From contig CBFDEM010000052.1 of assembly GCA_965603825.1 (NCBI GenBank), positions 496,001-560,000 on the forward strand: DNA of 64,000 nucleotides, read 5' to 3'. The translations under genes were made by a program, and so were the position numbers. Below the pieces are notes generated by a model, which was not told the DNA's origin, did not search any database, and saw nothing but the letters and a program-made list of their open reading frames with translations. Each line of letters starts with the position of its first letter. The first letter of the stretch is position 1. The stretch comes from Blepharisma stoltei ATCC 30299 (Eukaryota > Protista > Ciliophora). Positions 46,226-57,146 of the stretch are shown here, piece by piece.

Positions 46226-47863
46226 ATGGAGGCTATTCTTTGCTATAGGCAGGATTGTAATAGGAGAGCCGATTTTAAATGCAGCTGCGCAGATCCCGAG
46301 GTGTATATTTGCACTTTCCATTTTGGGGAGCATATTTCGTTGACTGATTCTTCAATTAGTCATAAATTTACAAAATTGTATGAGCAAGCTAATTATGAAA
46401 CTAAAGGAAAAGTTATAGATCATATCATGAATAAAATCGCTGATCTTGAGGCTTATAAATTCGAAATAATTGAAAATGCTCATAAAAAAATAGAAGACAC
46501 TCGGAATGATTTAGAAAGAAAATTAAATTTGATTACTGATGAAATTGAAAACCTAAATAACTATGCACTAAAAATCCTTCAAATTAAAGACATTCCAGTA
46601 GAAAATACTGAGCCAGTAATTGAAATCCTTAAGTTCTCTAGCAAAGATTTAGCTGAAAAAATCGAAGAAGTAGTGGGCAGGCTATCTATATCAAATATCG
46701 AAGCAATAAAAGACAATGAGCCATTTTCTCAGAAAAATGATGAACAACCTGAAATAAATATAAACCCATTTATAAATAAAAATGCACTAGCAGAAAGTGT
46801 GCTTGAAAAAGTAAAAATCCAGTTATGGGAAATTTCGAAGCTGAAAAAAGAAATTGAAGAAAAAAATAAAGCAATAGAGGAAAATGCTAAACAAATGGAG
46901 GAGATAATCCAAGAAAATGAAAAACTTAAAAACAATATGAAAACCCTTGTTTCTGCAGAAGAATTATCTAAAGTTGAAGCTGAGCTAAAAGAAAATAGGA
47001 TAAAAGGACAGTTTACAATAGAAGCTTTTAATATTGAAGCTTTACAGATAATATCTCCTTTAAAAAATTCTCAAAATGTTATTATCACAAAGCTGTCAGA
47101 TATGAAAAACTATATTTTAGAGTTAGATATAGAAGAAACCTTAGGCGATCACATCAGCATGTGCCAACTTCCTGACATGAAAATATTTTTTTATGGAAAT
47201 TATTGGGAAAAGAAAGGGTTTATAAAAAGCTCAAAAGTGTATTCAGGGATTACTTTTATATTAGATTTATCTTCAAACCAGCTCGAAATGCTGGAAAAAG
47301 GATTTGATTGCTATGAATCTAACTGCATTTATTATAATAATAAAGTTTATGCTTTCGGAGGCTTTAATGGGCAAAGTTTAACGATTGCAAGAAAATATAA
47401 CTTAGAGCAAAACAGATGGCTAGATCTCTGTGAAATGCCTGAGCCTTCAAGAAGAGTTTCTTCAGCAATGTTCCAAAAATCCATTTTACTATGTGGCTAT
47501 AACCATTCGACACTATACAGATATGAGATTATAAATAAAATTTACATGCCGCTTGGATTGAGCTTGAAGAAGGACACTAATAAAGTTGTGTTTGTGGGCA
47601 AAGAAAGAGCATATGTCATTGAGTTTGGGTCAAATATTTATGAAAGTGATTTCCGAGATGCAAGAAAGTGGCATACTCTTGTTAGGTCCCATATACCAGA
47701 TAGCTTTACACTAATCAGCCATCGAGTGTTGTATGGGCCTTCAATGTTCTTTTTCTTGTCAGATACTCCTATCCAAAGTTTATTTGAGTTTAACTTAGAT
47801 AGCAAAGAACTCATCGATCATGGAAGATTACGTTTAGAAAAGCCAAGAAAAGACTCTGAATAA
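46226..47863 (+). CDS. B-box-like Cys/His N-terminus, coiled coil, Kelch-like beta-propeller
   Basis: CYRQDC..CSC..ICTFHFGEH; IYYNNKVYAFGGFNG..ARKYNLEQNRWLDLCEMP. Confidence 0.75.
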   Translation: MEAILCYRQDCNRRADFKCSCADPEVYICTFHFGEHISLTDSSISHKFTKLYEQANYETKGKVIDHIMNKIADLEAYKFEIIENAHKKIEDTRNDLERKLNLITDEIENLNNYALKILQIKDIPVENTEPVIEILKFSSKDLAEKIEEVVGRLSISNIEAIKDNEPFSQKNDEQPEININPFINKNALAESVLEKVKIQLWEISKLKKEIEEKNKAIEENAKQMEEIIQENEKLKNNMKTLVSAEELSKVEAELKENRIKGQFTIEAFNIEALQIISPLKNSQNVIITKLSDMKNYILELDIEETLGDHISMCQLPDMKIFFYGNYWEKKGFIKSSKVYSGITFILDLSSNQLEMLEKGFDCYESNCIYYNNKVYAFGGFNGQSLTIARKYNLEQNRWLDLCEMPEPSRRVSSAMFQKSILLCGYNHSTLYRYEIINKIYMPLGLSLKKDTNKVVFVGKERAYVIEFGSNIYESDFRDARKWHTLVRSHIPDSFTLISHRVLYGPSMFFFLSDTPIQSLFEFNLDSKELIDHGRLRLEKPRKDSE

Positions 47864-48007
47864 TTATTTATTTTAAATAAATCATAATATCTCTTTATAT
47901 ATATTGATTAATGCACTTCTGTCTCTGAAAGATTTGTCTATAGAGGAGTTATAGACAAGAGTTGGTTAAATTTTACAAAAATAATTAAGTTGTAATTTAA
48001 ATTTAAA

Positions 48008-49684
48008 ATGTCAAAATTGAAAATTTGGTTAAACAAATTCATCTGCTTACTAAACTCACTAAAGACGAAGCTAACCCCTATCCATGAAGCCTACAATTAT
48101 AATCAAAAACTGTAATTTCTACTTAGAAAATACCTTGACAGCTACTGACAAGAAGAAACTGAGCCGATTCTCACTTCAACGCCATCTTATTCTGAAATTC
48201 CCTTAAAAAAACAAAAATTAAGCGAAGGGACTCCTGTATACCAAGGCCACGAATCCATGTTTGGAGAATTCGTCAAAACCTGCCCTAAACAGCCAGAAAA
48301 AATCATAAAAATTCCTTTGAAATTTGAAATAAGCACCAACACACCAAAATTCCAAGAAATAGTAAAACACGAATTCAGCCCTAAAAAAATTATTCCAAAG
48401 GTGACACATATAGATGCAGAAGAAAAACGAAGAAAAGTTATGTCAGAATTTTTACCTGCCTTGAAGAAAAAAGCATCATTTTATAATGTAAATTTATGTA
48501 AAAGGCAAAGAGACGCATTTTATGATAGCGTAGCAAATACCCCAAAAAATGATAATAAAAACACAAAAAAGGCTAAAACAAAAGAAGCCTACAAAACAAT
48601 GCCACCGATTTTAGAAGAATCTAAAAATGTTAAGCCGAAAGCAAGCCCTGCCAAAAATAATAAAAAGTCTTCTCCCGCTAAAAAGAAAGAAACTGTCATT
48701 ACTCCAGAAAATTTTGGCTGCACACAGATTTATCCGTCCCCTCCTATAACACCTTTGCGAATCCCTATTATAAATCAAGATAACTATTGTATTGTGAAGC
48801 CTAAACCTCAGAGCCCTAATAAGAACCCTAATCAATCAGCAAATAATCCAAACCAAAAGCCACAAAGTGGAGGCTCTAAAAATAAGCCAACACCAAATCA
48901 GCCAGTTTCTCAAGAAACAACATCTACTATAAATACAATAAGCAATACATCACAGAATAACCTATCTTTATTCGTCCCCTTGCAGCCTGCCCAACAGCCC
49001 ACAATTCTATCTAATCCTCAGCCTGAAAATAACTCTGCTGATTTCTTCCAAAAGCGAATGCAAAGAAATTCTCTCCAAACCTCGGCCTTACCAAACCCCC
49101 AGCAAAATCCTCAAAGTGAATACCTAGGCCAAGTCCTCCAAAATCCTAACAAATTCTTTTCTAATCCGATGCAAGAAATTAAAAATAATTCTCAGCCAGT
49201 TTCCAATTCCATGCCACTTTTTAGCCAAAATCTTTTAGAAATTTCGAAGTCTGCATCAGCAAATTTCAATAATCTTAATAATTGTGCTTCAGGGAATAGC
49301 TTTGTGTCATCAAGCACTCAGAGTACAGCTGATGAATATAGTCCTGATTATATGAATGAAGATGGAAAAATAATTCATGATGAAAACTGCGATCCTATGA
49401 AAGTGAATAACAACAATAATAAAAACAGCTCAATTTTTAGCAAAACGGGAATAATAACTCAGGCTTTTCCTAGTGCTCAAGGTCATAGCTCTAATACCCA
49501 ATCAAGCTCCAAGTCATTATTTGGAAGCCAGCCACAAAGTTTGTTTTCTTCACAAGCCAAGCCTCCTACAAATTTATTCCAAGCTTCCCCATTTTCAAGC
49601 AGCACTACTTTGTTTTCTTCAATTATCCCTAAAAAGACTTCTCCCCACAAAAACGTCTCAAATCCCCTTCTGAGAAGTAAATAG
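48008..49684 (+). CDS. Low-complexity S/N/Q/P-rich protein, possibly nucleoporin-like
   Basis: ATG 48008, intron 48112-48126 and TGA 48146 join to ORF 48257; C-terminal SIF/SLFG/SLF/NLF/TLF motifs. Confidence 0.65.
48112..48126 (+). other. 15-nt spliceosomal intron
   Basis: GTAATTTCTACTTAG. Confidence 0.75.
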
Positions 49685-49903
49685 ATGAATGATATCATTA
49701 ATTGTAATAAATTCATTGTCCATATACTTATATTCTCTTTAATTTTTACCACTTTTTCTTATAATTTTTTTGCATTATTTTATATTTCAAATAATAAGTA
49801 TAATGCATGATGGAATAGCCAGTATGAATTTATGTAAAATGTTACGGACTTTATTATTTATGTAATTATTCATTGGATTCTAGTTATATGATTATTAATC
49901 CTC

Positions 49904-51112
49904 ATGGACAAATTTATAATCAAGACAAGTGATTTAGATACGTCTTCTACAGATTATAAATATGATAAAGATTTTTTATCCCAATTAATCTGTGAAGAGC
50001 ACTTAGAAATTTACGAGCCCGCAGCCCTATGCAATAACTACCTAACCCATAATACGAATGAGAAATCTTATATTTCAAACGATCAAGATTCAAATTCAGA
50101 TATTATCTCAGATCTTTACTGTGATGAAGACATGAATTCATGTGAAGAGCTAAACAATGACCATACTCTTGAAGAAAAAACCTTCGTAAAACCTCAAATT
50201 ATTTCACCATCATTATACTTTAAAGAGGTTAGAGAAAAAGAACTATTGTATTTACCAGACCCAGAGGCTTTAAAAACGATCCAAGGGTATATAAGTCCAA
50301 AAATGAGGACAATTTTAATAGGCTGGATGATGGAAGTGGCAGCGACTTTTTCAGTACATAAGGAAACTCTTTATATGGCGATTTCTCACTTAGATAGGTT
50401 TATTTCGGCGTATCCTGATATCGAGACTGGGATTTTTCAGCTCGTCGGGCTATCTACAGTGCTGATTGCAATGAAGGCTGAAGAGATCATGGTCCCTCAG
50501 TTTTCTGAGCTTCTGAAAACGACTGATAATGCCTATAACGCCTCAGAGCTAAGCAATATGGAGAAAACTATTCTCAAAACCCTTAAATGAAAAATATATC
50601 CTCCAACTGCTTTTAGCTGCCTAAACTTTTTACTGTCAGAATGAGACAAATTCATTATATCTACATACGGGAGTATCGAAAATTCAATTGTTTTATCAAA
50701 AGATGAAAACGAAAGACAAAATCAAAGCGATTTTTTTAACCTTATATTAATTACGTATAAACAAAATAATCAAGCATCGATAAGAAGGCTATGCGAAGTG
50801 AACCAATTTTTGGATTTTGCAGCTTTGGATTGTGAAATGTTAAAATTCAAGCCAAGTGAAGCTGCTTTAGGAGTTTTTTATTTAATGATACAGAAAGCGT
50901 TTAATGAAAGTGACTATGGACTACTGAGGTATTGTGGAAATGGGTATCAGTTTGAAGAATTTGATGGAGGAAGCTTGACTCATAATATCTTGGAATATTT
51001 TTTTTCGTCAGTATTAGATGTGGGTCCAATAGATCTTATATATTCTTCTTATCAGTACTTTTTACAACTAGCTCCGAATATTCGTTTTACTGATGAGTCG
51101 GTTATTAAGTAA
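49904..51112 (+). CDS. Cyclin (cyclin box, cyclin A/E-like)
   Basis: MRTILIGWMMEV..ETLYMAISHLDRF, FQLVGL..IAMKAEEI, MEKTILKTLK-[TGA=W]-KIYPPT; second TGA at 50642. Confidence 0.9.
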
Positions 51113-51133
51113 GAAATAATAAAAAATAATTAA

Positions 51134-52096
51134 TTATTTGTGATCAGATATTGTTGAGTATGGAGATGCTGATAATGTTGTATACGGGGAATATGCTGAC
51201 TCTGTTGTAGCATCAGATATTGTACTTTGAGCTTCTGAAGAAGTTCCTAAAGAAGGAACGCTTGAAGCTGTTGACCCTGTGTTTGACAAGTTAGGTGCCG
51301 AATTTGTGCTTCTTGCCAAAACTGCTTTTAAGTCTTCTTTATAAGTTTTTCTTAATGGTGTAACATCAGAGGGGCTATGGGCTTCAGAAGAGCTATGGAC
51401 TTCTGCTGTCTGAAGTGCTGAGATATGAACTTCGTATTTCGGCATCTTTTTTTTGAAGTTACCTTTAAATACCTCAATAAGATTATTTAATTCCAAAAAG
51501 TGAGATTTTATTTTATTTTCTCTTTCAATATTCATTTCTGGATCTGCTCCCAGCACTGTAAATAATTTAGCATTAAAATCAATTGACATCAAGCAAAGCT
51601 TGCAAGATAAAGAATACAAATCTCCTTTTATTTCGTTGCCATGAGGAGCTTCTTCTATAAATATGTTTTCAAAATTTTGCAGTGTTAGCCCAGGTGGGTA
51701 CCTTAGGAAATCTTGGATTTTAGTTGACCCAACACATGGGATTTTATTTATACGATTCACTTTATGTGCAAGTCTACGATATTCATCTTGCACAATCCTC
51801 AGGTTTTTGAGAGTTGTATCAAAGCTTTCATGAATTTTTTTCATTTCAAAAAATATCTTTTCTTCAATAAGTGTTTCTAATGATGTCAAGGCTTCTAGTC
51901 TTTTATTCAAAAAATTCAGGACTTCAGTACGACAAAGTTGGTTTGGTTCAGTGTACATAGGTAAAGATGCATGACCAGTTTCTTGCTGATGAGTACTTAT
52001 ATGTCTTGGGCATAGGTAAATTACAGGCGAGCAGGTAGAACATATAAACTCGACATGCTCCTTACAGACTGAAAATTTGCATGGCCAAATATCCAT
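51134..52096 (-). CDS. B-box-like Cys/His N-terminus, coiled coil, Ser/Thr-rich tail
   Basis: CKFSVC..CSTC..LCPRHISTH..GH; similar N-terminal module to 46226-47863. Confidence 0.68.
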   Translation of the reverse strand: MDIWPCKFSVCKEHVEFICSTCSPVIYLCPRHISTHQQETGHASLPMYTEPNQLCRTEVLNFLNKRLEALTSLETLIEEKIFFEMKKIHESFDTTLKNLRIVQDEYRRLAHKVNRINKIPCVGSTKIQDFLRYPPGLTLQNFENIFIEEAPHGNEIKGDLYSLSCKLCLMSIDFNAKLFTVLGADPEMNIERENKIKSHFLELNNLIEVFKGNFKKKMPKYEVHISALQTAEVHSSSEAHSPSDVTPLRKTYKEDLKAVLARSTNSAPNLSNTGSTASSVPSLGTSSEAQSTISDATTESAYSPYTTLSASPYSTISDHK

Positions 52097-53112
52097 ATTT
52101 ACATCATGAAAATAGTCTGATATTTTAATAGCATAGTTGCGTTGCTTTTATATTATTTGATGTAACGATTCATAAGTTGACAAGCAAGACTCCGCTCAAA
52201 GAGCTGGCCGTCTCAAAAAGTTGCAAAACGAACTGGTCTGAGGCCTCAGACACCACCGAATATTTAATTTCTCAGGCTATAACCCATTTCTGAAAGCATG
52301 AAAAAAGCAAATTATTTTCAACTTACTATAAACAATCATAGAAATTGATTATTTTTCAGGACCTATTCAGTATATGCCATAGAATAGCATTATAAAAAAA
52401 TTATAACTCTGTAAATAAGGCAATAGCATTAATAATATTCAATTAGGATTCCTTGTGATAAGTTTAATGATGTTAATAAAGAAAACTTATTTATTGAGTT
52501 AGCCAAAAATGATGTGAATTTATATACCAAAATTTTTTGGTGAAATAAATTGAAAAGCTTAAAATGAACTCTATTTAGCGTGAAACAGATATTTTTTAAA
52601 CGAGATTTTTAGATCCAAGACTAATGAGAAATCAAATGAAAAGTTTGGGTATATTAAAGATTAGTATTAATAGCATGCGCCCTTATGTGCGAGCTGTGGG
52701 GTGAACTCCTTAAGGCTATTTGAGCAGAGAAAACTCCTGGCTTCTCAGTAGAGGATTTCTTTCTTTCTAATCAGAGTCATATGAACTAAAATGGAATCTC
52801 CATTACCAACCCAAGTGTCAGACCAACCTGATCATGCTTAATGCATTCTAAATTGCCCCATTTTGGGACCTTATAGGTTAAAAAGTCTCGCACACTTAAG
52901 AGGCTCGTCAAGGCTGACTCCTTTTCCTCCTGACTATCCCAGAAGAAATTTCAACAGCTTAAACATTCGGAGCAATGTCGTGAAGTAAAAAAAGTTTAAT
53001 CCTGATCGCTTCTATATGAAGATCAACAATATTTGATTTTCTTTATTAATTTAATAATTCTTATGTAGTAATGAACAGCAAAAATGAAAATTAATAATAT
53101 AATAAGCACTCT

Positions 53113-53682
53113 TTAAACAAATTTGTGTGATATGTAAGTATCATAAGTTAGCTCAAGGGCGCATGTATCAGATTTTTCTACTCTACCTTTTGCTTGAGTC
53201 GGCTCCAAATGCTTCAAGAATTTTTTACTTCCCACCAAACTCGGTAATGCTCCTGAAGATGTTGATTTTCCCAATTTTTTTCTTGTTAAAATATCTAAAT
53301 ACTTGCATAGCTTATTATTCGTAGGACTTAAGCAAGCACTGTCAATATTCCCTTTTCTTCTGATTTTTTTCAGTGAGCCTGATAAAGTTTTTTCAAAAAA
53401 TTGTTTTATTTGAAATTTTTTCAATTTTGCTTCTAAATCCTTATTTTTTACTGAATTTATTGCATAATTTTTATTAGCCAAGCACAATTTTGTCTCAAAA
53501 TCCAAATTTTTTCCCATTTCTTTTTTCCTATATGGAGGACTTAAAAGATTTAAGTTAATATTTTTTGATGTCTTGTTCATAGATACCAATCTTACCTTAT
53601 TTTTCTTGAAATTTGGCAATGAAATGTTTGCAGTTTGAAGGCAAGGCAGCTCAAAACTCTCTGTATTTACTCCAATATCCAT
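53113..53682 (-). CDS. Hypothetical basic protein
   Basis: 189-aa ORF, ATG to TAA. Confidence 0.6.
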   Translation of the reverse strand: MDIGVNTESFELPCLQTANISLPNFKKNKVRLVSMNKTSKNINLNLLSPPYRKKEMGKNLDFETKLCLANKNYAINSVKNKDLEAKLKKFQIKQFFEKTLSGSLKKIRRKGNIDSACLSPTNNKLCKYLDILTRKKLGKSTSSGALPSLVGSKKFLKHLEPTQAKGRVEKSDTCALELTYDTYISHKFV

Positions 53683-53743
53683 TAATAAAATTTCTGTTTA
53701 ATTAATTTACTAACAAAAAAATTTTGCAATTGATACCATATAA

Positions 53744-54430
53744 ATGGAAATTTATATCAAGAAAGCACATAGGATTAATAACTTCATCAAAAAAAGAAGA
53801 CTAACTCATAAACCTTTAAAAAATCAGCATTCAGAATCTGAGATCCCAGAAGCTAAAAGTAAATATTTGCCTTTCATCATTAAGTCTGCAGATGACTGTA
53901 AAGAATCGACATCATCAATATATCCATTTGTAACACCGACGCTAAAAAATTACAGCGCAGTTAGAAATAGGCCTAAAAATATCAAGGAATATTATTATAA
54001 AATAAACAAATCAAGAACTTTTACTAAAACTCGCCCAATTGTCTTAAAAAGTAAAATCAATGTTATTAGAGATGAGCTGATATCACATATAAGTAATAAA
54101 ATCAATTTAAAAGGCGTGAAATCAGACCTAGAAGAGCGTCATCATTTATCATTTGAAAAAACTTCCTCAAAGAGTATAAACGATATATTTCCTAAATCCC
54201 CTACATTGCCAGCTATAAAGCATGATAAGAAGCGAAATCAGTCAGTCAGCTCTAAAGCTGAAATTATAGAGCCTATCAAGAAAATCATCATAAAGCGAAA
54301 AAGTTTAGACGCTATGAAAGTTTCTGAATTTTCAAGTGGGAAATATCGAGATTATTTTGAATATACTAACAAATTCATTAATGACGAGCTCGAGCCCTGG
54401 AACTCAAGTGAACAAACTTATATGCTTTAA
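53744..54430 (+). CDS. Hypothetical basic protein
   Basis: 228-aa ORF, ATG to TAA; ends ELEPW motif. Confidence 0.6.
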   Translation: MEIYIKKAHRINNFIKKRRLTHKPLKNQHSESEIPEAKSKYLPFIIKSADDCKESTSSIYPFVTPTLKNYSAVRNRPKNIKEYYYKINKSRTFTKTRPIVLKSKINVIRDELISHISNKINLKGVKSDLEERHHLSFEKTSSKSINDIFPKSPTLPAIKHDKKRNQSVSSKAEIIEPIKKIIIKRKSLDAMKVSEFSSGKYRDYFEYTNKFINDELEPWNSSEQTYML

Positions 54431-54468
54431 TAAATGTATTATATGAAATTTATCATTTAAATATAAAG

Positions 54469-54846
54469 CTATCCATTCAAAGCATCTTCTTCACTTTTGC
54501 TTCGCATGACAGTAGGTCTAACCATAGCTCTTCCAATTGATCCAATCCAAGCTTCTTTATCATTTGCATCCTGGGCACTGAAAAAGAATACTCGGTCTTT
54601 AGAATCGATTCTAAATGCGAAATCTTTTTTGGTTTCTTCTTCTGCTGATTTCACGGTAGAGCAGTCTCTTAGTCTTATTTTTTCTGTGGGCTTATCGCGA
54701 TATGCTTGTTGTTGTTTAAATGAAACGAGGAAATTGGGGGTCAAAACCATTCATCTACGTCTCCATTCTTTGAGGAAGCGACTGCGCTTTTCTATTCAAC
54801 CCTCCTTTATGATGACATCAAAACTCTCTCAGTCAGTGGTCTCCAT
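54469..54846 (-). CDS. Small PH-domain protein, copy 1
   Basis: METTD-W-ESFDVIIKEG-W-IEKRSRFLKEWRRR-W-MVLT with TGA at 54829, 54796 and 54751; FFFSA..DKEAWIGSIGRA. Confidence 0.9.
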
Positions 54847-55005
54847 ATTCTTTATAAGGAGATGGTAGAGAAATAATTTTTTATATGGGTTTTAATAAGG
54901 ATTAACAACATGAAATTGGAAAATGCATCAGATAATGAAAATTATAAATAAAATATAGTGAAAAGAATATCGGATATATGCTCTAATAATTGTATTATAT
55001 GAGAT

Positions 55006-55398
55006 TTAACATTTTACCATAAAGCCCCTCAAAGCATCTTCTTCATTTTTGCTACGCACCACTTCAAACCTTACCATAACTCTTCCAATTGATCCAATCC
55101 AAGCTTCTTTATCATTTGCATCCTGGGCACTGAAAAAGAATACTCGATCTTTAGAATCGATTCTAAATGCGAAATCTTTTTTGGTTTCTTCTTCTGCTGA
55201 TTTCACGGTAGAGCAGTCTCTTAGTTTTATTTTTTCTGTGGGCTTATCACGATATGCTTGTTGCCGTTTAAATAAAACGAGAAAATGGGGGGTCAAAACC
55301 ATTCATCTACGTCTCCATACTTTGAAAAAGCGGCTGCACTTATTAATTCTGCCCTCCTTTATAATGGTATCAAAACTCTCTTCGTCAGTGTTCTCCAT
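55006..55398 (-). CDS. Small PH-domain protein, copy 2
   Basis: MENTDEESFDTIIKEGRINKCSRFFKVWRRR-W-MVLT; paralogue of copy 1. Confidence 0.85.
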
Positions 55399-55549
55399 AT
55401 TCTTATTAAGGAGATGGTAGAGAAATAATGTTTTAAATGGGTTTTAATAAAATATAAAATTGGAAAAATGCATCAGATAATGAAAATTTTAAATAAAATA
55501 TAATGGGAAGAATAATTGTGTAAATATTCAGATATGCTTCATAAATTTA

Positions 55550-55939
55550 TTATTTGAGATTTAACACATCATCATAAAGCCCCTCAAAGCATCTTTCTTC
55601 AGTTTTCTTAGGCATCATAGCTCCTCTAATTGATTCAATCCAAGTTTCTTTATCATTTGCATCCTGGGCACTGAAAAAGAATACTCGGTCTAAAAAATTA
55701 ATTCTAAATGTGAAAACTTTTTTGGTTTCTTCTTCTGCTGATTTCATAGTAGAGCAACATTCTATTTTTATTTTTTCTGTGGGCTTGTCAAGATATGCTT
55801 GTTGCCGTTTAAATGTAATGAGAAAATGGGGGGTCAAAACCAGTCATCTACGTCTCCATATTTTGAGAAAGCGGCTGCGCTTATTAATTCAACCCTCCTT
55901 TATAATGACATCAAAAGTCTCTTCGTCAGTGTTCTCCAT
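55550..55939 (-). CDS. Small PH-domain protein, copy 3 (most diverged, frameshifted tail)
   Basis: MENTDEETFDVIIKEG-W-INKRSRFLKIWRRR-W-LVLT; paralogue of copies 1 and 2. Confidence 0.8.
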
Positions 55940-56084
55940 ATTCTTAATAAGGAGATGGTAGAAAAATGATTTTTTAAATGGTTTTTAATGAGGTTGAACA
56001 ATATAAATAGGAAAAATGCTACAAATAATGAAAATTTTAAATAAAATATAGTGGAAATAATAATTGTGTAAATATTCAGATTAT

Positions 56085-57146
56085 TTATAAAGAATAAATA
56101 TTTTGGTCTCTTATGACGACTTTTCTTCCAGATGTGGCTCTGAAAATCCTATCAAATAAAGCAGCTGTATGTTGATCTGTGATATGGCTTAAATCTGGAA
56201 TTAACACATAGCTGCCATTTTGGTCTTCGCTTCATCTCAATAACTCATACAAATTATTGATAGCTTCATCAATTTTCCCTTCTTCAGATAATTCTCTTCT
56301 GGCTTTACAATTTATATGTGAAAGTAGTCCATGGTAATCAATAACTATAGCTTCTGAAAGATTATGCAGCTCCTGCCCTTCATTTTGGCTATTATTGACT
56401 ACCAAATAAGTATCAATATTTGGAGAATAATGCTTAATAAGCTGTCCTGGAGCTTCAGAATTAGTCTGGTGCTCCAAATAATTTTGTCTTGATGATACTC
56501 TTACATTTCTCCCCTCCAAAGCTTCGCTTAAATTTCTTTCTGAAACCCCTCCTTTCCTCAATACTAACAATTTTAGCTCGTCTTCTTCTCTATAAAGCTT
56601 GGCTACTGTTGATTCTATCCCAAACGTGCATTTTCCTCCATCAAGAACTTTTATATCAAAATCAGAGTCATGGAAATCTTGCATTACATGGCCAGCTGAT
56701 GTAGGGGAAACATGGGAAAATAAATTAGCGCTAGGTGCTGCGATTGGGACTCCAGCGGTTGCGATTAATTGCTGGGCTAAAGGGTGTCTTGGTGATCGAA
56801 TTCCTACAAAACCTGTGTTTGCTGTTAGGACTGGAGAAATCAGAGGTCCTGCTTTGCAAATTATAGTTAAAGGACCTGGCCAAAACTGAGAAGCGAGGTA
56901 TTGGTAAGTATTAAGAATTTCTTGGTCATTTTCGTCTATTAGGTTTAAAGCTTCTTGGATTGAATTGACATGGACAATTACTGGGTCATTAAGAGGTCGT
57001 CTCTTAGCTTGGAAAATTTTTCTTACTGCTTCTTCGTTTAAAGCATTTGCGCCTAGACCGTATACGGTCTCAGTTGGAAAAGCTACTAAGTTTCCTTGTT
57101 GTAAGTGTTCTGCACAGACTTTTAGATCATTACATAAGTTTGCCAT
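56085..57146 (-). CDS. SUA5: Threonylcarbamoyl-AMP synthase (YrdC plus Sua5 domains)
   Basis: VAFPTETVYGLGANA, AKRRPLNDPVIVH, FWPGPLT, PIAAPSAN, SPTSAGHV, GIEST, APGQLIKHYSP; TGA 56232 continues to AALFDRIFRAT. Confidence 0.93.

Larger units (their letters stand above)
54435..56080. repeat. Tandem triplication, unit about 545 bp (PH gene plus upstream region)
   Basis: Coding and non-coding blocks such as TAAGGAGATGGTAGA and ATAATGAAAATT recur three times at about 550-bp spacing; boundaries approximate. Confidence 0.92.
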
